IMG/VR virus record: IMGVR_UViG_3300015608_003951 | Coordinates: 98,307 to 162,306 of that record | DNA: 64,000 nt | Strand: one strand, 5' to 3' | Source: a virus | Lineage: Duplodnaviria > Caudoviricetes | Shown: piece after piece, positions 38,654 through 46,803 of the stretch | Position numbering within the stretch: position 1 is the stretch's first letter | Layout: the number at the start of each line of letters is the position of its first letter | Notes under the pieces: model-generated | The model's database searches: none | What the model was told of the DNA's origin: nothing | What the model saw: the letters and a program-made list of their open reading frames with translations, nothing else | Program-made: the position numbers and the translations under genes

Positions 38654-39254
38654 TGTCTCCTCCTTTGTACTCAAACATCGTGTACCAAGCGGCAAACGGG
38701 GCGTGCTTAGCCAGGCGCAGCCCGATATTGAGCTGATCGGAGGGCGTGCCGCGTACCCTCTGCCTGAACTCCCGAAAACGTCCGCTTATGGAGGCCATGC
38801 GACCGTCCACAAGATACATGCGACGAAGCACAGGGGTTATCCCCGGCTGTAGGAAGAAGAGGGCGGTATGCACCCAGTTCGCCACGAGGATCGCCCGCAT
38901 GTAGTTATCCTCCTGGGTGCTCGCGTCCTCCTCGAAGGACAGCTTCTCCAGGTAGGTTACGGTGTCCTCAAGCAACCCCTCCACACCCCCGTGTCGCGCC
39001 TCCCACCAGGCCATGAAACCCCGAGTTACGATCGCGGTGTCCGAACGGCTCATCCCCCGACGCCGCCAGAGACAAGGCCGCAAGCTGAGGAAGGCGCAGT
39101 GGGCGCTCTCCTCAGCGAGCTGGATCTCGTCGGGCTCTCCGTGCCCGCTACCGTAGATCGTGAAATCCCCCCAAGCAGGATCCATCTGCAAGATCCTGCG
39201 GATATCTGCCACGGATCGGGCAGCAGCGATCTGCTTCACCAGAAGCCTGTGCAA
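38646..39254 (-). CDS. hypothetical protein
   Basis: GGAGG SD + TTG. Confidence 0.6.
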   Translation of the reverse strand: MHRLLVKQIAAARSVADIRRILQMDPAWGDFTIYGSGHGEPDEIQLAEESAHCAFLSLRPCLWRRRGMSRSDTAIVTRGFMAWWEARHGGVEGLLEDTVTYLEKLSFEEDASTQEDNYMRAILVANWVHTALFFLQPGITPVLRRMYLVDGRMASISGRFREFRQRVRGTPSDQLNIGLRLAKHAPFAAWYTMFEYKGGDIA

Positions 39255-39287
39255 AGCGCACCTCCTCCTGGTTGTTATTCCGTGTTT

Positions 39288-39962
39288 TTATCGTTTGTGT
39301 CGCATGGAGTTGGCGACGGACACGACTTTGTTGGCAGACTCCTCGGACAACGCTGCTAGCAGCGCAGCGATTGGCCTGAACGCCAAGGGCAGCTCCAGCA
39401 GCTCACGTGTCAGCACGTGTATGGCGTACCTTCGGAAGCCGGTATTATGGACAAACCCCTGGTTGCGCAGATCCTTGATACACACGACGATCGTGGAGAG
39501 GGCCAGTCCGAGGGCCTTGGCCAACTCGCCAGCTGTAGCCGGGGCTTTGTTGAGGTGCGTGAGCACGCGAAATCGAGTGTCTGCGTGGCTTCTAGACCCG
39601 GGGGGCCTGGCGTTGGCCATCCGCTTGAGCACAGCTACCGGTACTCCTGGCGACTTGTCGCCCTCGAAGAACCGGGTGTCGCTGTAGAGGAGGTGGCCCA
39701 GGTGGTCTGCTTCCCCCTCGTTGTGCGTCTCGACTTGCTGCGCAGGGGCAGCTTTGGCTTGCGGCTTAGGGGGAGGTTTCTTGGTGCCCGCGGGGGAAGA
39801 TGTATTCGTGGGTTTGGCTGGTGCATACGTAGGCAGGGCACTCGTGTCCGTGCTCTTCTTCTTGATGAGGGCCCACCCGCAGCGATCCCGGCAAAAGTAG
39901 AGCCCCTCTTCCAGGCCTACGCGCGCCCCACAGCTCGGACAGCCGTATGTGGTGGGGGTCAT
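39288..39962 (-). CDS. zinc-ribbon plus winged-HTH protein
   Basis: CPSC..CRDRC; TAGELAKALGLALSTI..IKDLRNQGFV. Confidence 0.7.
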   Translation of the reverse strand: MTPTTYGCPSCGARVGLEEGLYFCRDRCGWALIKKKSTDTSALPTYAPAKPTNTSSPAGTKKPPPKPQAKAAPAQQVETHNEGEADHLGHLLYSDTRFFEGDKSPGVPVAVLKRMANARPPGSRSHADTRFRVLTHLNKAPATAGELAKALGLALSTIVVCIKDLRNQGFVHNTGFRRYAIHVLTRELLELPLAFRPIAALLAALSEESANKVVSVANSMRHKR

Positions 39963-40641
39963 GTAAAGGCGCCAGAATACGGGAGGGGATGCCCCTCTTC
40001 AGCCTCTCGACACGGGCCCAGCTCTCCCGGGATTTCTGGCTGTTCGGCCCATACGCGAGCTTGCACATGTCGAACTGCACCACCGCGTGCAGCAGCTTCC
40101 TCACCCGCCTCTTGTACACGTCCTCCGACGCACGGACATGCGCGAGCAAGGTAGGCAAAGAGGTCCGGCACACCAGATTGAGGTCGATCTGGCCGATCAG
40201 CCGGTACCTCTTGGGGTCATGGAACTTCGAGTACCACAGGTGCACCTCGAACAGCTTGTGCCAAACGTCGAACGCCTCGTCCATCTCGCGCTTCGTGGCC
40301 GGAGGGTTAGCCAAGGCCAAGGTTTTGATGTGCCGCAGCTGAGCGCGCAGGGACTTCTCGATCCGCCAGAAGAACGCGATGTACTTCTCGAACCTCGGCT
40401 TTTTGGTCCCCCTCCACCGGAGCCTCTTCGGCAGACTCCAGTATATCGCGTCGAGAAGGCTCAGGAGAGCGCCAGCGTCCACCCCGTCCTTCCCCGAGAG
40501 GCCGATCAGCTTGGCGTAAGCGGCCACCCGGACGCGGGCTTCGTCGCGTGTCCTCTCACAGCGTAGAAGAACGTCTTCCAGCTGGGAGTCGCTCATACCG
40601 TCCAGGTTGAGCATCTTCATCTTGTTCGTGTAGTTCGCCAT
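39766..40641 (-). CDS. hypothetical protein
   Basis: Probable end at TTA 39964-39966, 1 nt before the next ATG. Confidence 0.6.
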   Translation of the reverse strand: MANYTNKMKMLNLDGMSDSQLEDVLLRCERTRDEARVRVAAYAKLIGLSGKDGVDAGALLSLLDAIYWSLPKRLRWRGTKKPRFEKYIAFFWRIEKSLRAQLRHIKTLALANPPATKREMDEAFDVWHKLFEVHLWYSKFHDPKRYRLIGQIDLNLVCRTSLPTLLAHVRASEDVYKRRVRKLLHAVVQFDMCKLAYGPNSQKSRESWARVERLKRGIPSRILAPLHDPHHIRLSELWGARRPGRGALLLPGSLRVGPHQEEEHGHECPAYVCTSQTHEYIFPRGHQETSP

Positions 40642-40711
40642 AGATTCCCCTATATCTCTCACTTTATTACTTTTTCATAGCTAAACTAGCGAACCCCTCC
40701 CCCCGATCACA

Positions 40712-41023
40712 CTAGAGGCGCGCCTTCTGGATCGCAGCGTGCAGGGCACGCACAGCCACCCTCGCGATGCGCTCATCGGCGTGAGAGGCCTTCCCGACCT
40801 CCAGCAGCACGGCTTTGAACGCAGCGATGTCCTGGTGTCGCCAGTGCTCGACGGCCGAGACGACGAGCCCCTCCGCCCCCGATCGGAAGGAGCTTCGGAC
40901 CCTGTCCCACGTCGGACCGAAGCCGTGAAGGATGTGAGACTTGAGCACCACCTCGAAGGCAGGGGTGCAGTAAGCCGCTGCACGAAGCAGCAGCGCTTCC
41001 CCGTCGGTCACAGCCACCCCCAC
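40712..41023 (-). CDS. hypothetical protein
   Basis: Operon packing. Confidence 0.5.
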   Translation of the reverse strand: MGVAVTDGEALLLRAAAYCTPAFEVVLKSHILHGFGPTWDRVRSSFRSGAEGLVVSAVEHWRHQDIAAFKAVLLEVGKASHADERIARVAVRALHAAIQKARL

Positions 41024-41520
41024 CAGCGCTGCGGCTCGACCAGGGCCACCTCCTTCAGGGAGGCAAACGGGCTGGGCACCGTTCGAAGGTAGCTTTTGTG
41101 CTGGCTGTACTGGTTGTCATACTCCGCCAGCTCGTGGCGCAAGCACTTCCCGAACCCGGCCAGCTCCAGGGCGTGGCAGATCGACTCCAGGATGTCACGG
41201 CCCTCGCAGATGGAGCCGATCTGGAAGCGGTTGGCGTCAGACCAGCTGCTGATCGCCGCCGTGTCCCGCGCGAGAACATCGTAGGGGAGGCCCAGCACAG
41301 CGCTCTCCACCGCAGGCCAGATCCCCGTATCCTGGTCCTTGATGATCTCTTCCACGCCCGGCCGGGCTTCCTCCCTGAACCGGTGGGCCGCGCCCAGCAT
41401 AAACGCCGCCATCCACCACAAGGCGCCCTCACAGGGGTCCTCGCCGTAGTTGTGGATCAACCAGTGGTCCTTCGTTCCGAGGAGGTCGCTGAACTTCGAA
41501 ACATTGACGAACTTGTGCAT
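41008..41520 (-). CDS. hypothetical protein
   Basis: GGAG SD; upstream GGGATAAG motif. Confidence 0.6.
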   Translation of the reverse strand: MHKFVNVSKFSDLLGTKDHWLIHNYGEDPCEGALWWMAAFMLGAAHRFREEARPGVEEIIKDQDTGIWPAVESAVLGLPYDVLARDTAAISSWSDANRFQIGSICEGRDILESICHALELAGFGKCLRHELAEYDNQYSQHKSYLRTVPSPFASLKEVALVEPQRWWGWL

Positions 41521-41547
41521 GATCTGGGTCTCCCAGGCACTTATCCC

Positions 41548-42417
41548 TCACAATCCCGGGTACTTGCCTCGGTTATGCCTACGACCCATCAGGGTGTCTG
41601 CACGCCCCTGGAGCCGGGAGAGCACCCAGGGAAAGGTGGGGAGATCGCTGACCATGGCCCTGGCCGTCCCCTCATCCAGCTCTTGGAATGCCGTGACAAT
41701 GCTGCCGATTGTAGCGACATGCCCGTAGGTCAACCCCCACCACCGCCCCCCTGCAAGCACGCAGAGTGTAGCTGAGTTGGGCGCTAGACCCTCCTGGATG
41801 GGGACCATCTGTGAGTAGGTCCTTAGCGTGATTTGCACCCCCCTCCCGACCAGGAGCCTCGCACTGAAGAATGTGAATGCCTCTGTGTGGCTCAACAACC
41901 AGCATGCACGGCCCAGGATTTCCTCCGTGAGGGGGCCAACGATCGTCCGGCGTGCGTCGGCTAGAAATATAGGGATCAGACCCCTCTGCACCCGCAGGCA
42001 CCAGTCCGCCTGTCGGCGGGCGGTGAGGGTAGCAACGACGAAGTTGATCTGCTTCGGCGTAAGGCTCTGCCACCCACGCTCCACGGTCTCGATCAAATGG
42101 TCTGGCCATCGGGGAGTTCGACCCTTGTACGTCAGACAATAGGCCCACAGCCTGTGGGCGAGATCTAGCATAGGGACCGGGACGGTCCCTGCCATCAGAT
42201 CAAGTTGCGTTGTAGGGTTGTCCCAGAAGGCAGGGTGTTTCGTGAGCCCACCCACCCGCAGGATGGCCGGTAGGTGGGGATTCGTCCGAAGGGCGTTGAT
42301 GACGCCAGGATGCCTACTCTTCAGAAGTTTCTCGAAGTCCTCACGTGTTCTAGCGTTGACGTAGTCCGGGTGTGCCAGTGCGGCTTCCCTCTTTGCGCGT
42401 CTCGTTTGGCGGGACAT
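41548..42417 (-). CDS. NP..NP (LRV-like) family protein
   Basis: ALRTNPHLP...FWDNP. Confidence 0.6.
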   Translation of the reverse strand: MSRQTRRAKREAALAHPDYVNARTREDFEKLLKSRHPGVINALRTNPHLPAILRVGGLTKHPAFWDNPTTQLDLMAGTVPVPMLDLAHRLWAYCLTYKGRTPRWPDHLIETVERGWQSLTPKQINFVVATLTARRQADWCLRVQRGLIPIFLADARRTIVGPLTEEILGRACWLLSHTEAFTFFSARLLVGRGVQITLRTYSQMVPIQEGLAPNSATLCVLAGGRWWGLTYGHVATIGSIVTAFQELDEGTARAMVSDLPTFPWVLSRLQGRADTLMGRRHNRGKYPGL

Positions 42418-42489
42418 GGCTGTGCTGTACTTATGCCGTATTTAGGGGCTAAAGAAAGAGGCCAGGTCTCTGTACCCCGGCCCCTTTCT

Positions 42490-42813
42490 TCAGCGCCCTC
42501 GGCAGTCGCCGATCGGGCGCTCCTCCGCCCCGAAGGGCGGAATCCGCCGGAAGGTCTCCCTCAGGCCCTGGAGGTCGCGGGAGGTCTTGTACTCGGCCTC
42601 CCGCACCCAGCGCCCCGCCTTGTCCTGAAAGCGGGGCAGCACCAGTGTCCACGTGGACACGTTTTCCCAGCCGCTGCCGGCTGGGCGCATCCCGTCCGAC
42701 GAGGCGTCCCATTGGACGAACGCCTCGCGGACGCTTTCGTGCCGCTTTGCCTCTGGGTAGGGCAATTGCGCCCTCCAGAGGTCGAAGCGGGCCTTCTTTC
42801 TCTCCGCCCGCAT
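42490..42813 (-). CDS. hypothetical protein
   Basis: AAGGAGG SD; followed by a hairpin and T-rich run. Confidence 0.6.
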   Translation of the reverse strand: MRAERKKARFDLWRAQLPYPEAKRHESVREAFVQWDASSDGMRPAGSGWENVSTWTLVLPRFQDKAGRWVREAEYKTSRDLQGLRETFRRIPPFGAEERPIGDCRGR

Positions 42814-42844
42814 CCTTCCCTCCTTCCTTACCTTCCTTAGCTAA

Positions 42845-43348
42845 AAAGCCGCTATTCCCCGTAGATTACTCTACAGGCAGGTGCGGCAAACCCCTGCAAC
42901 CCTCCAACAGTCGCGCCCGCGACCGTTCGAGGCTGTCCACCTTTCACCAAGGGCTGGGTGTTCCCTTGGCTGCCCCGTTCATGACTCGGGGCACGCTCCG
43001 GCGTGGGTTTCCGGGACCTTCGCTGCAACGTCGAGTAACTTTTCAGTACCTGGATGATCAGTCCAGGCCCTGTGGGCGCCACATATGTGGCGCGTACTCG
43101 AACCGCCTCGCGCGGCGGACCAGTGAGGGGCCGTACGTTGCAGCCCTCGTGGATGCGACGGGAATCGAACCCGCTACGCTAGTCGATCGCTACTTACCCA
43201 TGGGTGCTCGGGGAGATGAGCAACAGCATGGGGGTTTTGATCTGGCTAACGGCCGACCACCAGTCGGCACACCCTGACGCCCTGGCCCCCGTAGGGGCTT
43301 CGAGCTAGGCACCTGCCAGTTACCCCGAAGGATATGCGGGTGCCATCT
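42845..43348 (-). ncRNA. large structured ncRNA with embedded tRNA-like domain (43150-43274)
   Basis: More than 10 hairpins, UNCG and GNRA loops, long-range helices, canonical T-arm; promoter-like motif upstream and TTTTTAGC downstream. Confidence 0.75.
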
Positions 43349-43353
43349 ATATT

Positions 43354-43361
43354 CTTATGCC
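43354..43361 (-). promoter_or_regulatory. example of recurrent GG[ACG]ATAA[CG] promoter-like motif
   Basis: About 10 copies upstream of minus-strand gene starts and of the ncRNA. Confidence 0.55.
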
Positions 43362-43373
43362 CGATTTTACCCG

Positions 43374-43955
43374 TTATTTGCCCAGACCAAAGGCCAGGCG
43401 TTCCATGTCATCCACCATGGAAAGCCAGCCCCTCCACCAGTCAAGGATGCCTAGGTCTAGGGCAAACTCCCGGGAAAACATGAAGTTGTCCTCCTCTACG
43501 CCCATGTACGCGTGGGGGCCGCCCTCAGGCTTTGTGCGCAGCACACGGAAGGTGAACTCCAGAATCTCGTCGATGTCCTGCGGGCTGAACATGTCTGTCT
43601 CGCGAAAGGCCAGGTCTATCAGGAGGTGCGTGCCACCCGAGGAAGGGACGGCGGTGTACTGAAGCCCAAGGGACCAGGCCATCAGCCGCTTCATATGCAC
43701 GCCATCGCCGAGACGGTACACCTCCCAGCAGGGGTTTCTCCAGCAGCAGCAGGAGTGATTGTCCTCCAGGCGTTCCTGGAGGAAGGCGATGGGGGCGTTT
43801 GGGTTCAAGGATGCCGCACAGAGGGCCATCTCTGCGGCAGGCCCCTCAGGCATGGCCTTCATGATGGTTTGCCACGGTACCGTTGGGTCCATGAGCTCGG
43901 GGGCCAGGCAAAGCAGCTCCTGGAACTCCTCTTCATCTGTCGGGTACTCATCCAT
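43374..43955 (-). CDS. NP..NP (LRV-like) family protein
   Basis: SLNPNAP...WRNPCW. Confidence 0.65.
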   Translation of the reverse strand: MDEYPTDEEEFQELLCLAPELMDPTVPWQTIMKAMPEGPAAEMALCAASLNPNAPIAFLQERLEDNHSCCCWRNPCWEVYRLGDGVHMKRLMAWSLGLQYTAVPSSGGTHLLIDLAFRETDMFSPQDIDEILEFTFRVLRTKPEGGPHAYMGVEEDNFMFSREFALDLGILDWWRGWLSMVDDMERLAFGLGK

Positions 43956-44250
43956 CCTTCTTCTCCAAGGGGATTGCGTCAAAGATGCGACTGGCGAAGC
44001 TACGCTCCTTCAGGCGCACTAGCAGGATGTTGGTGACGGGCAGACCCTCGCCCGTGTGCCGCTCCACATCCTCCAGGGGAGTGTTGCGCGCGAGCTCCAC
44101 CTTGTCGGCAAAGCTAGGGTCTGACAGCAGCCACAACGGGTAGATCGGGTTCGTCATGCCGATGTCGAAGGCGGACTTCATATGGCAAAGCCGTAGCCAG
44201 TCAGCTTTCGAGATGTTCGGGTCGAGGATGTCTGTGTAATCGTGGTTCAT
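43948..44250 (-). CDS. NP..NP (LRV-like) family protein
   Basis: LDPNIS...TNPIYPLWLLSDP. Confidence 0.65.
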   Translation of the reverse strand: MNHDYTDILDPNISKADWLRLCHMKSAFDIGMTNPIYPLWLLSDPSFADKVELARNTPLEDVERHTGEGLPVTNILLVRLKERSFASRIFDAIPLEKKDG

Positions 44251-45218
44251 AGGACGTTGAAGAGTACGGGCCGATTAAAAGTGTACACGATGTTGGGCAG
44301 ACCCTCTGCATCTGCACCTACCCATACGTTATGTGGATCCTTCACCTCGTCCCAGTGTGACATGGTGGCAGGGGACTCCACACGCCACAGTGCGACGATC
44401 GGGTTTCTCTCGCCCTCCTCCACAAGGCTGTACCCGTGGCACAGTTTGAACCAAAGCTTTCGGGGTATCTGCGGGTTTTGTACAGCGAGCGCGAGGAGCT
44501 TCTGCCGGTGTTCCACGCCCCGAGGGTCCTCCGCCCAGTCATGCAGGTTTATGATGTTCACGCAGAGCTCTATCGACTCCTTAGGGGTCTCGGGGTCGGC
44601 GAGCATCTCTTCGAAGAGGTGTGAGTTCAGGTCCTTGTCCAGCATCAGACGCCTTATTCCCCCTTTCGTGGCTAAAGCAAGGCGCCCCCCGCGCCTTGCC
44701 CGATGTAAGGGCCCGAATAGCACGTACATCCGCTCCAGCAAGGGCTTAACCTTGTTCCAGTAAGGCCTGAAGTGGAGGGCGTGATGTCGCATCTCCCAGG
44801 TCCCGTACTCCACCTGGTACCCCGCCAGGGCGATGCCGCTGTCCCCGGAGGCGATAACGAGGGGCAACGCCTGCTCCAGCACCCCCATGCGCAGGAGTAC
44901 GTCGTCCCCCAGAGGCTGAGTGGACTGGACATGCACGCCGAGCCAGTGCTTGCAGACGATGGCGTAGGCCGAGGCATACGTGCTCCTCAGCCTGAGGTGA
45001 TCCTCCAGCGAGGGGTTGCTCCAGGCGGTGCCGTAGCTCGCCAGGTAGCGCAGCAGCCACTCTACCGGCACATCCGGGTGCTGGGCCAGGTAGCTGTTGG
45101 TCTCGTAGTCCTCCGTCTGGTGAGACTTTATCGCGAAGGACGCGCTCCAGGCCTGGCTCAGCACGAAGTTTCGAGCCTCCCTGGATTCCTGGTCCTCAAT
45201 CCCGTTGAAATACAACAT
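44247..45218 (-). CDS. NP..NP family; probably two genes (44706-45218 and 44247-44645)
   Basis: Two family domains separated by TTA, a terminator hairpin, a promoter-like motif and an ATG. Confidence 0.6.
   Translation of the reverse strand: MLYFNGIEDQESREARNFVLSQAWSASFAIKSHQTEDYETNSYLAQHPDVPVEWLLRYLASYGTAWSNPSLEDHLRLRSTYASAYAIVCKHWLGVHVQSTQPLGDDVLLRMGVLEQALPLVIASGDSGIALAGYQVEYGTWEMRHHALHFRPYWNKVKPLLERMYVLFGPLHRARRGGRLALATKGGIRRLMLDKDLNSHLFEEMLADPETPKESIELCVNIINLHDWAEDPRGVEHRQKLLALAVQNPQIPRKLWFKLCHGYSLVEEGERNPIVALWRVESPATMSHWDEVKDPHNVWVGADAEGLPNIVYTFNRPVLFNVL
44671..44699 (-). terminator. terminator-like hairpin inside the standard-code ORF
   Basis: GCAAGGCGC/GCGCCTTGC stem followed by TTTAGC. 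Confidence 0.6.
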
Positions 45219-45219
45219 T

Positions 45220-45537
45220 TCACTCCTCGGTCTTTACCGTTAGCTCAAATCGGCGCAGGAACTTGTTTGTGGCCGCGTCACGCACTTCGTGCGCTACGCA
45301 CTTGATGTGCAGGGTGACCCCTAGCTGGGCTAGGTCGCGGACTTTGAGCGTCCTTGCCTGATACATCAGGTTTACGCCTGAGGCATAGATAACGCCGTCC
45401 GCACGCACAAGGCAGAGCGCGGGGAAGAAGCCCCACGCCGAGGAAAGGCTCTCCACGTCTATGAATACGCCCTCCAGCTCTTCGCCGACGTCGGGCCTCC
45501 ACAGACGGACCTTCTCACCATTTTTGTTCTTAGCCAT
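45220..45537 (-). CDS. small beta-rich protein, possibly OB-fold
   Basis: WRPDVGEELEGVF pattern. Confidence 0.55.
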   Translation of the reverse strand: MAKNKNGEKVRLWRPDVGEELEGVFIDVESLSSAWGFFPALCLVRADGVIYASGVNLMYQARTLKVRDLAQLGVTLHIKCVAHEVRDAATNKFLRRFELTVKTEE

Positions 45538-46519
45538 CGATGAGGCGGTGGAGGTATTTCGACGCCCGGGTATCGCTCCCGATGTCGAAGGCGTCCTTGG
45601 CTTTGGCCACCTCTGCCCGCAGAGACGGCGACGCCCACCGCTCGTAGAGAGCCGCGATCAGGCGGACCTGCTGGGGGGTCACGCCCTTCAGGCAGTGTCT
45701 GAGCATCAGCTGCCTGACATCGCTCTCCACGACCCACCCCGTGTAGCTCACATCGCCACGGGATAGCATCACCGTGCTCCGGCCGTGCCGATTGATGTTC
45801 CGCAGACCCATCGTCAGGGTGAAAGGGTCGTGGCCTTGGACCCTGAACTCGTCGGTCTTAAGGCTCACGGTGATTTCGAGATCGTCGGCCCCCTTGAAGA
45901 CCACAACCCAGCCTTTCTGTACCGTGAAGTGCGCCTCCTCGATCCTCACCTCCACCGCGGTAGATGGGCCCGTGCCCAGGTCTGCGGAGGCGGCCTGCAC
46001 GGGCGTCTCGGGCGCGGGTGGCGGAGGCATGACCATCTTGTCGAGGGGACCCCCGGACGGCTCGACGGGCTGCGCGGGCTCTTCGGGGGCGGGTTGTGCA
46101 GGAGTCTCGGGATTGGCGCACTCACTCCGCCGCATAAGCCAACGGGCCTCCACGTCGAACACCCTCCCCGAGACGTACCACTCGACGGTGGGCCCGACGA
46201 TGAGCGGGTGCATGTCCACGCCCACCACCCTTCCTTTACACCGAGGAAGCCCCACGCTGCGCTCCCCGTCCATCAGGACAGTGGGCCCGATGTAGCGCAC
46301 CTCATCCCCCACCCGATAGAGGCCCTTGACCTCCTGGGGGTCGTATTTCCGGATCTTCCGGATGTTGCAAGACCCCGACACCTCCCGGATACGGGTGTCC
46401 CAGGGCATCGAGGTCTTCGCGTAGATTACGTCGTCGTTCACGGCGGTAACCTCCCGAACGATAAGCTCCGGGTCGTCCACGTCATAGATCAGGTCTCCCG
46501 GTTTAAACTGCTGTGGCAT
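45530..46519 (-). CDS. hypothetical protein with tandem SH3/KOW-like starts
   Basis: FKPGDLI, YRVGDEVRY; AAGGAG SD. Confidence 0.6.
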   Translation of the reverse strand: MPQQFKPGDLIYDVDDPELIVREVTAVNDDVIYAKTSMPWDTRIREVSGSCNIRKIRKYDPQEVKGLYRVGDEVRYIGPTVLMDGERSVGLPRCKGRVVGVDMHPLIVGPTVEWYVSGRVFDVEARWLMRRSECANPETPAQPAPEEPAQPVEPSGGPLDKMVMPPPPAPETPVQAASADLGTGPSTAVEVRIEEAHFTVQKGWVVVFKGADDLEITVSLKTDEFRVQGHDPFTLTMGLRNINRHGRSTVMLSRGDVSYTGWVVESDVRQLMLRHCLKGVTPQQVRLIAALYERWASPSLRAEVAKAKDAFDIGSDTRASKYLHRLIDG

Positions 46520-46536
46520 GGTTGTTCTCCTTGTCT

Positions 46537-46785
46537 TTACTCGTTCCCACCAGGCATCTTGGGCTTGGTGTACTTACGTTTACGCTTGGCGTAGAGCCAG
46601 CAAGCGTCGCATTGCAGGATTCTATCGTCCACGGTAGCGTCGGCGCCGCAGGGGCACCGGAGTACTTCGACCTCCTGAACTCCGGTGGTTGGGCTGTTGT
46701 ACAGCCTGCCGAGGGCTCGACAGGTGAGACACTGCACATGTCCTTCACGGCACATGCGCAGCTCCCATTCATGGACATGCCCCAT
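46537..46785 (-). CDS. small Cys-rich protein
   Basis: CLTC, CPC, CDAC; GGAGG SD. Confidence 0.5.
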   Translation of the reverse strand: MGHVHEWELRMCREGHVQCLTCRALGRLYNSPTTGVQEVEVLRCPCGADATVDDRILQCDACWLYAKRKRKYTKPKMPGGNE

Positions 46786-46803
46786 AGAGGACCTCCGCGT
46801 CCG

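Noticed and set aside
43150-43274. Canonical tRNA or tmRNA gene
   Set aside because: No 7-nt anticodon loop, no encoded CCA, and no recognisable tag reading frame or pseudoknot series.
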